A stretch of 40,029 nt of DNA from Enterobacteria phage mEp390: sequence record NC_019721.1, one strand, 5' to 3'. The notes beneath the pieces are model-generated. The model had not been told where the DNA came from and made no database searches. It saw nothing but the letters and a program-made list of their open reading frames with translations. A program made the position numbers and the translations under genes. Of the stretch, positions 1 through 10,900 are shown piece by piece (positions within the stretch are counted from its first letter, which is position 1; every line of letters starts with the position of its first letter).

Positions 1-486
1 ATGGCAGATAAACGAACCCGTTCCGACAGTTCGGCGGCAGCGGTTCAGGCCATGAAAAATGCAGCAGTGGACACCATCGATCCTCCGTCCCATGCAGGTT
101 TGGAAAAAAAAGCCGAACCATTCTGGCATGACAATATCAGATCGAAAGCTCTGGACAGCTGGACGCCAGCCGACCTTCTGGCCGCCGTAGAACTGGCAAA
201 TAACCAGCTCTATATCACCGTTTTACGCAAGGATTTACGCAAAGAAGAACGCCTTCGCGGAGAGGCGCGAGACGAGGGGCTAATCAAAGACCTCCGTAAG
301 CAAATTGTTGAACTGCAGCGAACCATCCTGGCTCAGCGCCGTGACCTGCAGATCCATTCCCACGCAACCAACGGCGAAAGCCGCGACCAGAAGAAACGCA
401 ATCAGAATGATCGTGATGCACGAAACACGAAAAACGAGCATCAGGACCAGGACGACAACCTGATCGCCTTTCCCAAGCATGGATAA
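1..486 (+). CDS. terminase small subunit (P27-like), possibly complete at window edge
   Basis: 161-aa ORF directly upstream of the large terminase; the window end supplies an AGGTG motif 7 nt before this ATG if the sequence is circular. Confidence 0.65.
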   Translation: MADKRTRSDSSAAAVQAMKNAAVDTIDPPSHAGLEKKAEPFWHDNIRSKALDSWTPADLLAAVELANNQLYITVLRKDLRKEERLRGEARDEGLIKDLRKQIVELQRTILAQRRDLQIHSHATNGESRDQKKRNQNDRDARNTKNEHQDQDDNLIAFPKHG

Positions 487-492
487 AAGACT

Positions 493-2007
493 ATGACGCG
501 AGGTGAGCGTGTAATAGCGTTCATCGAGCGCTTTTGCATCGTGCCGGAAGGCAAGCTTATTGGCCAACCCATGAGGCTGGACCCCTTTCAGAAAGATTTC
601 ATCCTGGCGGTTTACGACAATCCGGCCGGAACGGATATGGCGATCCTCAGCATCGCCCGAAAAAATGGTAAGACTGGCCTAATTGCCGGAATTCTGCTGG
701 CTCACCTGGTAGGGCCTGAAGCGGTGCAGAACACGCAGATTGTCAGCGGTGCACTCAGCCGGGAACAGGCGGCCATCGTTTTTAACCTTGCGGTGAAGAT
801 GGTCAACCTGAACCCCAAGCTGCAGGAGATTGTGCACATTACGCCAAGCGGCAAAAAGCTGATCGGCCTGCCGTGTAACGTCGAATACAAGGCTTTATCC
901 GCAGAAGGAAAGACGACGCACGGCCTTTCCCCCATTCTGGCCATTCTCGATGAAACCGGGCAGGTTAGGGGGCCGCAGGATGATTTTATCGATGCAATAA
1001 CTACCGCGCAGGGGGCGCATGAAAACCCGCTGCTGATTGTTATCAGTACGCAGGCAGCAAACGATGCTGACCTGCTGAGCATCTGGATTGATGATGCGGT
1101 CAAATCGAAAGATCCGCACATCGTATGCCACGTTTATGAAGCGCCAAAGGACGCTGATATCAGTAAACGCGAGTCCTGGCTGGCTGCGAACCCGGCGCTG
1201 GGAACATTCAGGTCAGAAAAAGACATGGCGCGCCAGGCCGAGAAAGCAGGCCGAATGCCAAGCTTCGAAAACACCTTCCGAAATCTCAACCTCAATCAGC
1301 GCGTTTCTACCGTATCGCCGTTTATCTCCCGCAGCGTGTGGGAGCTTTGCGGAGAGATGCCGATTAACACGCCGAGGAAGTGGTACGCGGGGCTGGATCT
1401 GTCAGCCAGGAACGACTTAACGGCGCTGGTTATCGCTGGTGAAGCAGATGATGGTGTCTGGGATGTTTTCCCCTTCTTCTGGACACCTCAAAAGACTCTT
1501 GAGGAGCGAACAAAAACGGACCGCGCACCCTATGACGTTTGGGTGAGAGAGGGGCTGCTGCGCACCACGCCAGGCGCTTCGGTGGATTACTCATTCGTCG
1601 TTGCGGATATCGCTGAAATTATCGGTGATTTCGACCTTACCTCGATGGCTTTTGACCGTTGGCGCATTGACCAGTTCAGGAAGGATGCCGATGCCATTGG
1701 CCTGAACCTCCCACTGGTCGAGTTCGGCCAGGGCTTTAAGGATATGGGGCCAGCTGTAGACACGCTGGAGTCTCTAATGCTTAACGGGCGCGTGAGGCAT
1801 GGCATGCACCCCGTATTAACGATGTGTGCTGTGAATGCGGTGGTGGTGAAAGATGCTGCTGGCAACCGCAAGCTCGATAAGTCCAAAGCAACAGGCCGTA
1901 TTGATGGCATGGTCGCAATGACAATGTCCGTTGGTGCTGCTAATGGGGAAGTTACCGAACAGGGTGGTGACTTCGATGACTTCATTTTCCGACCGCTGAG
2001 CATGTGA
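493..2007 (+). CDS. terminase large subunit
   Basis: 504-aa ORF in canonical position before portal; ATPase-like N-terminus and nuclease-like C-terminus by eye. Confidence 0.9.
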   Translation: MTRGERVIAFIERFCIVPEGKLIGQPMRLDPFQKDFILAVYDNPAGTDMAILSIARKNGKTGLIAGILLAHLVGPEAVQNTQIVSGALSREQAAIVFNLAVKMVNLNPKLQEIVHITPSGKKLIGLPCNVEYKALSAEGKTTHGLSPILAILDETGQVRGPQDDFIDAITTAQGAHENPLLIVISTQAANDADLLSIWIDDAVKSKDPHIVCHVYEAPKDADISKRESWLAANPALGTFRSEKDMARQAEKAGRMPSFENTFRNLNLNQRVSTVSPFISRSVWELCGEMPINTPRKWYAGLDLSARNDLTALVIAGEADDGVWDVFPFFWTPQKTLEERTKTDRAPYDVWVREGLLRTTPGASVDYSFVVADIAEIIGDFDLTSMAFDRWRIDQFRKDADAIGLNLPLVEFGQGFKDMGPAVDTLESLMLNGRVRHGMHPVLTMCAVNAVVVKDAAGNRKLDKSKATGRIDGMVAMTMSVGAANGEVTEQGGDFDDFIFRPLSM

Positions 2008-3281
2008 TGGAAGAACCTAAATACACGATTGACCTGCGAACCAATAACGGCTGGTGGGCAAGGCTGCAGTCCTGGTTTGTCGGCGGGCGTTTAGTCACCC
2101 CAAATCAGGGCTCACAGACGGGGCCTGTTTCGGCCCACGGACACCTGGGCGATTCATCCATTAACGATGAACGGATACTGCAAATTTCGACGGTTTGGCG
2201 CTGCGTGAGCCTGATTTCAACGCTCACGGCATGCTTACCGCTTGATGTCTTCGAAACCGACCAGAATGACAACCGAAAAAAAGTGGGTTTGAGCAATCCG
2301 CTGGCGCGACTGCTGCGCTACTCACCGAATCAGTACATGACCGCCCAGGAATTCAGAGAGGCCATGACGATGCAGCTCTGTTTCTACGGCAACGCGTATG
2401 CACTGGTGGACCGCAACAGCGCAGGTGACGTGATCAGCCTTCTCCCGCTTCAGTCTGCCAATATGGATGTGAAACTCGTCGGAAAAAAAGTGGTTTATCG
2501 CTATCAACGCGACAGCGAATACGCCGACTTTTCGCAGAGAGAGATTTTTCACCTTAAATGCTTCGGATTCACCGGGCTGGTCGGCCTGTCCCCCATTGCT
2601 TTTGCCTGTAAATCGGCAGGTGTGGCAGTTGCGATGGAGGACCAGCAGCGAGATTTCTTTGCCAACGGCGCCAAGTCTCCGCAAATCCTCTCAACCGGCG
2701 AAAAAGTGCTAACTGAACAGCAGCGCTCGCAGGTCGAAGAGAACTTCAAAGAGATCGCCGGCGGTCCGGTTAAAAAACGCCTCTGGATTCTGGAAGCGGG
2801 CTTTTCCACATCGGCAATTGGCGTAACGCCGCAGGATGCCGAAATGATGGCGTCCCGAAAATTTCAGGTAAGTGAACTGGCGCGATTCTTTGGCGTACCG
2901 CCTCACCTTGTCGGCGACGTCGAGAAATCAACGAGCTGGGGATCGGGCATCGAGCAGCAGAATCTCGGCTTCCTGCAGTACACCCTGCAGCCCTATATCT
3001 CCCGGTGGGAAAACAGCATTCAGCGGTGGCTTATTCCTGCTAAGGATGTTGGCCGCATTCATGCTGAGCACAATCTCGACGGCCTGCTGAGGGGCGATTC
3101 GGCATCCCGCGCTGCCTTTATGAAGGCAATGGGAGAGGCAGGGCTACGCACCATCAACGAAATGCGACGAACGGACAACCTCCCGCCATTGCCGGGTGGC
3201 GATGTGGCAATGCGCCAGTCGCAATACGTGCCGATCACCGATTTAGGAACCAACAAAGAGCCCCGTAATAACGGGGCTTAA
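2004..3281 (+). CDS. portal protein (HK97 family)
   Basis: 425-aa ORF overlapping terminase stop (ATGA); position between terminase and prohead protease. Confidence 0.88.
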   Translation: MMEEPKYTIDLRTNNGWWARLQSWFVGGRLVTPNQGSQTGPVSAHGHLGDSSINDERILQISTVWRCVSLISTLTACLPLDVFETDQNDNRKKVGLSNPLARLLRYSPNQYMTAQEFREAMTMQLCFYGNAYALVDRNSAGDVISLLPLQSANMDVKLVGKKVVYRYQRDSEYADFSQREIFHLKCFGFTGLVGLSPIAFACKSAGVAVAMEDQQRDFFANGAKSPQILSTGEKVLTEQQRSQVEENFKEIAGGPVKKRLWILEAGFSTSAIGVTPQDAEMMASRKFQVSELARFFGVPPHLVGDVEKSTSWGSGIEQQNLGFLQYTLQPYISRWENSIQRWLIPAKDVGRIHAEHNLDGLLRGDSASRAAFMKAMGEAGLRTINEMRRTDNLPPLPGGDVAMRQSQYVPITDLGTNKEPRNNGA

Positions 3282-3298
3282 TTTTTATGGGGGCCGTA

Positions 3299-3976
3299 AT
3301 GCCTGAGATCGTAAAAACGCTGTCCTTCGACGAGACAGAAATCAAATTCACCGGTGACGGTAAACAGGGGATTTTTGAAGGCTACGCCTCTGTTTTTAAT
3401 AACACCGATTCCGATGGCGACATCATTCTGCCCGGGGCGTTTAAAAACGCACTGGCGAACCAGACCCGCAAAGTGGCGATGTTTTTCAACCACAAGACGT
3501 GGGAGCTGCCGGTTGGTAAATGGGACAGCCTGGCAGAAGACGAAAAAGGCCTGTATGTGCGCGGTCAACTTACCCCAGGGCACAGCGGCGCCGCCGACCT
3601 GAAAGCGGCAATGCAGCACGGTACGGTTGAAGGTATGTCGGTTGGCTTTTCCGTTGCGAAAGACGATTACACCATCATTCCAACAGGCCGCATTTTTAAG
3701 AATATCCAGGCTCTGCGCGAAATCAGCGTCTGCACTTTCCCCGCCAACGAACAGGCTGGCATCGCAGCCATGAAAAGTGTCGATGGCATTGAAACGATCC
3801 GTGATGTTGAGAACTGGCTGAGGGATTCAGTCGGCCTCACCAAATCACAGGCAGTAGGGCTAATAGCCCGGTTTAAGTCAGCGATTCGGAGCGAGTCCGA
3901 GGGCGACGGAAACGAAGCACAAATCAACGCTCTGCTTCAGAGCATCAAATCTTTCCCTTCTAATTTAGGTAATTAA
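3299..3976 (+). CDS. prohead protease (HK97 family)
   Basis: HK97-type prohead protease-like sequence; start placed at the ATG preceded by a GGGGG Shine-Dalgarno-like run, alternative start at 3287. Confidence 0.8.
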   Translation: MPEIVKTLSFDETEIKFTGDGKQGIFEGYASVFNNTDSDGDIILPGAFKNALANQTRKVAMFFNHKTWELPVGKWDSLAEDEKGLYVRGQLTPGHSGAADLKAAMQHGTVEGMSVGFSVAKDDYTIIPTGRIFKNIQALREISVCTFPANEQAGIAAMKSVDGIETIRDVENWLRDSVGLTKSQAVGLIARFKSAIRSESEGDGNEAQINALLQSIKSFPSNLGN

Positions 3977-3978
3977 TT

Positions 3979-5136
3979 ATGTCTGAACTCGCTCTCATTC
4001 AAAAAGCTATCGAAGAATCCCAGCAGAAAATGTCTCAACTTTTCGATGCGCAGAAAGCAGAAATCGAAAGCACTGGCCAGGTTTCCAAACAGCTGCAGTC
4101 CGACCTGGCAAAAGTGCAGGAAGAACTGACCAAATCCGGTGCGCGTCTCTTCGATCTGGAACAGAAACTGGCTTCCGGTGCTGAAAATCCGGGTGAGAAG
4201 AAATCCTTCTCTGAACGTGCTGCGGAAGAGCTCATCAAGTCATGGGACGGTAAACAGGGCACCTTCGACGCGAAGACGTTTAACAAGTCTCTCGGCAGTG
4301 ACGCTGATTCTGCTGGCTCACTGATCCAGCCGATGCAGATCCCCGGCATCATCATGCCAGGACTGCGCCGTCTGACCATTCGTGACCTGCTGGCGCAGGG
4401 CCGCATCTCCAGCAACGCTCTGGAATACGTCCGTGAAGAGGTGTTTACCAATAACGCCGACGTGGTGGCCGAGAAAGCGCTGAAGCCCGAATCGGATATC
4501 ACCTTCAGTAAGCAAACCGCGAACGTGAAGACGATCGCCCACTGGGTGCAGGCATCGCGTCAGGTTATGGACGATGCGCCAATGCTGCAGTCATACGTCA
4601 ACAACCGCCTCATGTACGGCCTGGCGCTGAAGGAGGAAGGTCAACTGCTGAACGGTGACGGTACCGGGGATAACATCGAAGGTTTGAACAAAGTGGCCAC
4701 CGCTTACGACACCTCGCTGAATGCCACTGGCGACACCCGCGCTGACATTATCGCTCACGCTATTTATCAGGTGACAGAGTCTGAGTTTAGCGCTTCCGGT
4801 ATTGTCCTGAACCCGCGGGACTGGCACAACATCGCGCTGCTGAAAGACAATGAAGGCCGCTATATCTTCGGTGGTCCTCAGGCGTTTACCAGCAACATCA
4901 TGTGGGGCCTGCCAGTGGTTCCGACTAAGGCGCAGGCCGCCGGCACCTTTACGGTGGGCGGTTTCGATATGGCCTCTCAGGTCTGGGATCGCATGAATGC
5001 CACCGTGGAAGTCAGCCGTGACGACCGCGACAACTTCGTGAAAAACATGCTGACCATTCTGTGCGAAGAGCGCCTGGCGCTGGCGCACTATCGCCCGGCG
5101 GCCATCATCAAGGGCACTTTCTCTTCTGGCTCATGA
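3979..5136 (+). CDS. major capsid protein (HK97 fold)
   Basis: 385-aa ORF immediately after protease, followed by a strong intrinsic terminator. Confidence 0.88.
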   Translation: MSELALIQKAIEESQQKMSQLFDAQKAEIESTGQVSKQLQSDLAKVQEELTKSGARLFDLEQKLASGAENPGEKKSFSERAAEELIKSWDGKQGTFDAKTFNKSLGSDADSAGSLIQPMQIPGIIMPGLRRLTIRDLLAQGRISSNALEYVREEVFTNNADVVAEKALKPESDITFSKQTANVKTIAHWVQASRQVMDDAPMLQSYVNNRLMYGLALKEEGQLLNGDGTGDNIEGLNKVATAYDTSLNATGDTRADIIAHAIYQVTESEFSASGIVLNPRDWHNIALLKDNEGRYIFGGPQAFTSNIMWGLPVVPTKAQAAGTFTVGGFDMASQVWDRMNATVEVSRDDRDNFVKNMLTILCEERLALAHYRPAAIIKGTFSSGS

Positions 5137-5142
5137 TGGAGG

Positions 5143-5164
5143 GGGCGGGGTAACCCGCCCTTTT
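5143..5164 (+). terminator. intrinsic terminator after major capsid gene
   Basis: GGGCGGG-GTAA-CCCGCCC hairpin followed by TTTT. Confidence 0.7.
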
Positions 5165-5169
5165 AACGT

Positions 5170-5496
5170 ATGGCGATAGATGTTCTCGATGTAATTGGCC
5201 TCCGCCTGTTCAAACAGCAGATTGAGTTTGAGGAAGACGACAGGGACGAGTTGATCACCCTGTACGCGCAGGCGGCTTTTGACTACTGCATACGCTGGTG
5301 CGATGAACCGGCATGGAAAGTTGCAGCTGATATTCCTGCAGCCGTTAAGGGCGCCGTTCTCCTTGTCTTTGCTGACATGTTTGAACACCGCACCGCGCAA
5401 AGCGAAGTACAGCTATATGAGAACGCTGCCGCCGAACGCATGATGTTCATCCATCGCAACTGGCGCGGTAAATCTGAACCTGAGGAGGGCTCCTGA
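5170..5496 (+). CDS. head-tail connector protein (gp6-like)
   Basis: 108-aa ORF in conserved position after capsid gene. Confidence 0.6.
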   Translation: MAIDVLDVIGLRLFKQQIEFEEDDRDELITLYAQAAFDYCIRWCDEPAWKVAADIPAAVKGAVLLVFADMFEHRTAQSEVQLYENAAAERMMFIHRNWRGKSEPEEGS

Positions 5497-5834
5497 TGGA
5501 ACCTGGACGATTCAGGCACAGGGTAAAAATTCTCACCTTCACGACTTCGCGCGATCCATCTGGTCAGCCGGTTGAATCGTGGACTGGTGGCAACCCGGTC
5601 CCGGCTGAGGTAAAGGGGATCAGCGGCAGAGAGCAGCTTTCAGGCGGCGCGGAAACGGCGCAGGCAACCATTCGCGTCTGGATGCGCTTCAGGGCAGAGC
5701 TGAACGCCTCTTCTCGTCTGGAAGTGCTCAGCGGCCCGTATAAAGGTCAGGTGCTAAATATCATCGGTCCTCCTGTAGCAAATGCGACCGGCAATCGCCT
5801 GGAAATTCTTTGCAAAACGGGAGCTGAAAAATGA
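5496..5834 (+). CDS. head closure / head-tail adaptor protein
   Basis: 112-aa ORF, start overlaps upstream stop (TGATG); synteny. Confidence 0.6.
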   Translation: MEPGRFRHRVKILTFTTSRDPSGQPVESWTGGNPVPAEVKGISGREQLSGGAETAQATIRVWMRFRAELNASSRLEVLSGPYKGQVLNIIGPPVANATGNRLEILCKTGAEK

Positions 5835-6280
5835 TTGAGACGAGCCTCGATTTTTCCGGGTTAAATGACATTGCAAAGGATCTTGAAGCGCTTAGCCGCG
5901 CTGAAAACAACAAGGTTCTGCGTGATGCCACGCGCGCCGGTGCCGAAGTGCTTAAGGAAGAAGTGATCGCACGCGCTCCGGTGCGTACCGGGAAACTGAA
6001 AAAAAACGTGGTGGTGGTGACCCAAAAAAGCCGACGCCGCGGGGAAATTTCTTCCGGTGTCCACATTCGTGGTGTTAACCCGCGCACCGGGAACAGCGAT
6101 AACACGATGAAGGCGAATAACCCGAGAAATGCCTTTTACTGGCGATTCGTCGAAATGGGTACCGTTAACATGCCACCGCACCCTTTCATTCGTCCCGCGT
6201 TCGATGTACGCCAGGAGCAGGCGACGGAGGTCGCAATCAGGCGCATGAACCAGGCCATTGACGAGGCATTAAGCAAATGA
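5831..6280 (+). CDS. HK97 gp10-family tail component
   Basis: 149-aa ORF, overlapping start; synteny with HK97-like head-tail joining genes. Confidence 0.6.
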   Translation: MIETSLDFSGLNDIAKDLEALSRAENNKVLRDATRAGAEVLKEEVIARAPVRTGKLKKNVVVVTQKSRRRGEISSGVHIRGVNPRTGNSDNTMKANNPRNAFYWRFVEMGTVNMPPHPFIRPAFDVRQEQATEVAIRRMNQAIDEALSK

Positions 6281-6624
6281 CGGAAGACGATCTCTATCCT
6301 CTGCTGGCGCCGCTGGCCGGAGGGCAGGTTTATCCCTACGTTGCGCCGCTCGGCAGTGACGGGAAGCCTTCAGTCTCTCCGCCATGGGTAATTTTCTCGA
6401 TTATTACCGACGTGGCCGCAGACGTTCTTTGCGGTCAGGCTGAATCTGCCGTTTCTGTGCAGGTTGATGTCTATTCCAGCACCATCGCTGAAGCGCGCAC
6501 GATCAGGAATATGGCGCTTGATGCTCTGCAGGTGCTGAAGCCGGAAGGCATTGTGAAAACGCCGGGCTATGAGCCTGATTTGCACTATCACCGGGCAACG
6601 CTCGAATTTCAGGTAACCGTTTAA
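6277..6624 (+). CDS. tail completion / tail terminator-like protein
   Basis: 115-aa ORF immediately upstream of major tail protein gene; followed by terminator. Confidence 0.5.
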   Translation: MTEDDLYPLLAPLAGGQVYPYVAPLGSDGKPSVSPPWVIFSIITDVAADVLCGQAESAVSVQVDVYSSTIAEARTIRNMALDALQVLKPEGIVKTPGYEPDLHYHRATLEFQVTV

Positions 6625-6641
6625 CCTTACTCACCATAACA

Positions 6642-6667
6642 GACCGCTCCGGCGGTCTTTTTTTTTA
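6642..6667 (+). terminator. intrinsic terminator
   Basis: GACCGC-TCCG-GCGGTC hairpin followed by T9. Confidence 0.7.
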
Positions 6668-6679
6668 ACTGGAGAAACC

Positions 6680-7150
6680 ATGACCAGTAAGTATGAAGTC
6701 ACAAAGGGGATGACCTTTGCCGTCTCCGACGCACCAGTAACCGCTGATGATTTTAATTCACAAACTTTCCCGGGGGCTGGCATTACCTGGCTGGAAGCAG
6801 CCTGTGCAACGAAGGAGATCACCTTCACCGGCGGGCAGAAAGGGGATATCGACGTAACCACGCTGTGCTCAACTGAACAGGAGCAAACCAACGGCCTCGC
6901 CGCGCCTGCTGAAATGAGCATTACCCGTAACTGGGTTGGCGATGAAGCAGCACAGGAGGCACTGCAGACCGCTTACGAAAATGACGAACTGCGCGCGCTG
7001 CGCGTGGTATTCCCGTCTGGCAACGGTTTCTACGTGCTGGTGGAGGTACGCCAGAGCTCATGGTCTGCCGCAACATCTTCCGTTGTTGGCGCTACCTATT
7101 CTCTGCGTGTACGCGGCAAACCTAAACGCATCTACGCGTCTGGTTCCTGA
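6680..7150 (+). CDS. major tail protein
   Basis: 156-aa ORF with GGAGAAA RBS, flanked on both sides by intrinsic terminators. Confidence 0.7.
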   Translation: MTSKYEVTKGMTFAVSDAPVTADDFNSQTFPGAGITWLEAACATKEITFTGGQKGDIDVTTLCSTEQEQTNGLAAPAEMSITRNWVGDEAAQEALQTAYENDELRALRVVFPSGNGFYVLVEVRQSSWSAATSSVVGATYSLRVRGKPKRIYASGS

Positions 7151-7171
7151 GCGGCTTCGGCCGCTTTTTTT
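7151..7171 (+). terminator. intrinsic terminator after major tail gene
   Basis: GCGGC-TTCG-GCCGC hairpin followed by T7. Confidence 0.7.
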
Positions 7172-7204
7172 ATCCCTCCGATCATGTAACAAGAGAAAAA
7201 TGAA

Positions 7205-7606
7205 ATGCCGCAAAAAACATCACAGAATTCATTACGCAACGTGGCGCTTACAGCATCGAAAGCCTATCGCACCAAAGAAGGTATCACGGTTCCTGAATGG
7301 GATGGCGCAAAGGTAACGCTGCGTGAACCCTCTGGCGATGCCTGGGTGAAATTCCGGGAGATCGTTAATCCCCAGCTCGCCGAGGGCGAAGAGGCACCGA
7401 CGCTGACGGAGGCGGAAAAGTTTCTGCGTAACAAAGAGGCTGATGTGGTTCTGTTTATTGACGTTCTGCTGGATGAAAACGGCGAGCGAGTATTCAGCGA
7501 TGAGGATCAGGAGCAGGTATCTAAAATTTATGGTCCTGTGCACTCCCGCCTGCTGGCTCAGGCCCTAAACCTCGGCATGAGCCAGGAAGAAGCGGGAAAG
7601 CCGTAA
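7205..7606 (+). CDS. G: tail assembly chaperone (lambda gpG analogue)
   Basis: 133-aa acidic ORF before tape measure gene; ends just after a G GGA AAG slippery heptamer. Confidence 0.75.
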   Translation: MPQKTSQNSLRNVALTASKAYRTKEGITVPEWDGAKVTLREPSGDAWVKFREIVNPQLAEGEEAPTLTEAEKFLRNKEADVVLFIDVLLDENGERVFSDEDQEQVSKIYGPVHSRLLAQALNLGMSQEEAGKP

Positions 7607-7893
7607 AGCAGCCGCTGACCTTCTTCCTGATGTCGCTGGCGCTCCGGTTGGGGCGTACTCTCCACGAACTGCGCCAGACCATGACCGCCAGCGAGCTCAA
7701 AATGTGGATCGAGTTCGACCGCATCAGTCCGATTGGTGACTGGCGCGCCGATGCACAGGCGGCGCAGATCTCCGTTGCAATGCTGAACTCTCAGGGTGGG
7801 AAATTCACCATTCCTGATGTGATGCTGAAGTGGGGAGAGCAGGAAGAGGTCGCAGAAGTCTCAGAACTCGAAAATTGGATATCCAGTCTTTGA
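7205..7893 (+). CDS. tail assembly chaperone frameshift fusion (gpG-T analogue), programmed -1 frameshift near 7594-7600
   Basis: the -1 frame is open from the slippery site at 7594 through ORF 7630..7893 with no stop. Confidence 0.65.
7594..7600 (+). promoter_or_regulatory. -1 ribosomal frameshift slippery heptamer GGGAAAG
   Basis: heptamer read in zero frame as G GGA AAG, located 2 codons before the G stop. Confidence 0.7.
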
Positions 7894-7894
7894 C

Positions 7895-7916
7895 GCCCGC
7901 GGCTGCGGGCTTTTTT
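7895..7916 (+). terminator. intrinsic terminator before tape measure gene
   Basis: GCCCGC-GGCT-GCGGGC hairpin followed by T6. Confidence 0.65.
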
Positions 7917-7927
7917 ATGGGTGAAAT

Positions 7928-10900
7928 ATGGCAACGCTGCGCGAGCTAATCATCAAAATTTCGGCGAACTCATCTTCTTTCCAGTCTGAGATCGCCAGAG
8001 CGTCCCGCATGGGAACCGATTACTACCGCACTATGGAACAGGGCGGGAAAAAAGCTGCAGCGGCCACGCGTGAAACTCAGCGGTCTTTGGCTGAACTGAA
8101 TTCTCAGCTTGCTAGCGTGCGCTCTTCTGCGACTGAGCTTGCCGGGGCATGGGCTGGGGCATTTGCCACGCATCAGCTCATCGCGTTTGCGGATACCTGG
8201 AACCAGCTGAGTGGCCGTCTGCGCCTGGCTGCCTCCTCAAGCGAGGATTACGTGCAATCCCAGCGCGTGCTGATGGAGATTAGCCAGCGCACCGGAACAT
8301 CCCTCGAGGCAAACAGCAACCTGTACAGCAGAATTGCGCAGTCCCTGCGTGATGCCGGTTACGCTTCTGCTGACGTCGCAAAAGTTACGGAAACCGTAGC
8401 AACCTCACTGAAGCTGTCTGGCGCCAGTACCGAAGAGGCGAGTTCTGTTATCACCCAGCTTAGCCAGGCGCTTGGCTCAGGTGTTTTGCGAGGCGAAGAA
8501 TTTAACTCCATCATGGAGAACGGCGGTCGCCTGGCGAAACTGCTGGCTGATGGGCTGGGTACCACTGTTGGTGGCCTGCGAAATATGGCCAACAACGGAG
8601 AGCTGACGACCAACAAGATCGTCCCGCTGCTGACCAACGTCGAGACCCTCCGTAAAGAATTTGACACCCTTCCTGCATCAATCAGCGGATCTGCACAGAA
8701 AGTGCAAAACGCCTTCCTTGCATGGGTTGGCGGGGCTAACGATGCCGTCGGCGCATCATCCACTCTTTCTGGCGTGTTGGATGGTCTGGCGAACAACATC
8801 GATGATGTGGCAAACACCGCAGGCATTCTGGTTGGTGTTGGCCTCGCTCGTTATTTTGGCAACATGGTCGGCAGCGTTGCTCAGTCAACCCGGGCAGTGC
8901 TCGCTAATACGGCCGCCGAGGTCGCGCTGGCGCAGGCTCAGGTTCGCGGCGCTCAGGTTAGCGTTGCTGCTGGTCGCCAGGCTGTTTACCGCGCTCAACA
9001 GGCGCGTGCAGCGGCGACGAGTATTGAGGCTCAGATTGTCGCTGAGCGTAATCTTGCAGCTGCTCAGGCATCACTGAATACGGCGCTTGCTGGCAGAGCT
9101 TCGTCCGTTAATAACCTCACCAATACAGCCTCGGTGATGTCCCGCCTGGGTAGTGGCGTTCTTGGCATTCTCGGTGGCTGGCCTGGAGTGATTATCGGTG
9201 CCGGCGCTGCGATGTATGGCCTTTATCAGCATACCCAGCAGGTGCACAAAGAGGCGGTCGGGTTTGCCAACAATCTGGATGAAATAAACGGTAAGCTGCA
9301 GCAGATGTCGGTGCTTGGGCTACGCTCTACGGCAGCTGATGCCCGTACATCATTACAGGCACAAAAGCAGGACCTGGCCGATCTTGACTCACAAATTGCG
9401 AAGGTAAAGGAAAGCCAGGCAGGACTGGCATTAATTCAGGAAAAATATAATAAATCCCCACGTTTAACCTACCTGAATACCTTCATGGATCAGGCTGATA
9501 TAACCGAAAAAAATATTTCTTTAACTGATCGGTTGTCTCAACTTGAGTTTGAAAGAGAGAAGGTCGCCGCAAGAATAGCGGCCACTCAAAAGCTCGTAAA
9601 TGAGGCGAGCGATCTCGCCACTCAGAGGGCTATACAGCAGGCTGGTGCAATTTCCATTTTAAATGGTGCATACAGACTCCTGAATCAAACAATGGCAGTG
9701 ATCCCAACGGTTGAGCCTAAGTTTGTCAGCCCCGTCGTGCCTGTTTCTAATGCTACGCCACAACAGCAAACGGCCCTTGAACGAGCACGCCGTGATAACG
9801 AGATGGCCAGCCTCAGCGGCTTAGAGAAACTCCATCAGCAGCACGTCTACGAAGCAGAAGATCTGAAGCTGACGGGGGCTCTTTACACCCAGTACATCTA
9901 CAACAAGGATCAGGCAGCCAAAAAGGATGCAGCAGCTGCAGAGGCAAAAAAAACCTCCACTGCTGCCTCAAATGCGCAGAGTAAAGCCGAGCGCGAAGCG
10001 GCCAGCACCGCCGAACAGTATTCCCGGAAAATGGCCGATCTGAGTGTGGCTATCGACGTGCAACGCGTTCGGGCCACGGAAGGCGAAAAAGCCTCGGAGC
10101 TTTACTCTGCATCGCACCAGGCAGGCACTAAATGGACCGACGAGCAGCGCAAGGCGATCCAGGCATCATCAGCAGAGCTGGCAAAATGGACGCAAAAAGC
10201 CGACGAGAACGTGCGCAAGCAGCGCGAACAAGCTGATGCCCTGAAGGATTTAACTGAAGCGGCCCGAAAGTTCAGGGATGAGGCGACGCTGACAACCGAA
10301 ACCGCAGGCATGAGTGATCGCCAGCGCAGCCGGTTCGACGAGACGCAACAGATCGACCGTGTTTTCACTAAAGCCGGTGGAGACAAAAGCACCCAGGCGG
10401 TGATTGCTCGAAATGAGGCCCTCGATGCTCTGGATAAGAAATACAAAGCTATCGCAGCAGCTGAAGCGGACTGGATGTCCGGAGTATCAAGCGGCTATGC
10501 CAACTGGTTTCATGAAATCAGTAACGTATCCGGCACGGTCTCTGACGGGGTGAAAACCACGTTGGACAGCGCATTCAGTAACGTTACGTCGATGCTGGAA
10601 GGCAATAAAGTTAGCTGGAAATCGTGGGGTATTTCTGTCCTGCAGATTATCGAAAAAGTGGCGCTGCAGATGGCGGTGGTTAGCGCGATGGGCGGGGCCT
10701 CTTCCGGCTCTGGCATCTTTGGCTCACTCATAGGCAGTGTAGGCAGCTTCTTCGGGGGCGGGGCGGGAGCATCAGCCAGCACCGGTACGGCGGTTTCCAG
10801 TTACGGATCGAACTTCCAGTTTAACGCCAAAGGCGGCGTTTATGACTCTCAATCCCTGAGTGCTTTCAGTAACGGGATCGTCAGAAACCCCACCATGTTC

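Noticed and set aside
2322-2906. Minus-strand ORFs within the portal gene
   Set aside because: Embedded antisense ORFs without RBS; the portal gene on the plus strand explains the region.
8359-10782. Several long minus-strand ORFs inside the tape measure gene (e.g. 8359..8826, 10102..10446, 10510..10782)
   Set aside because: Fully embedded antisense to a 1094-aa gene with repetitive Ala-rich coding; typical shadow ORFs.
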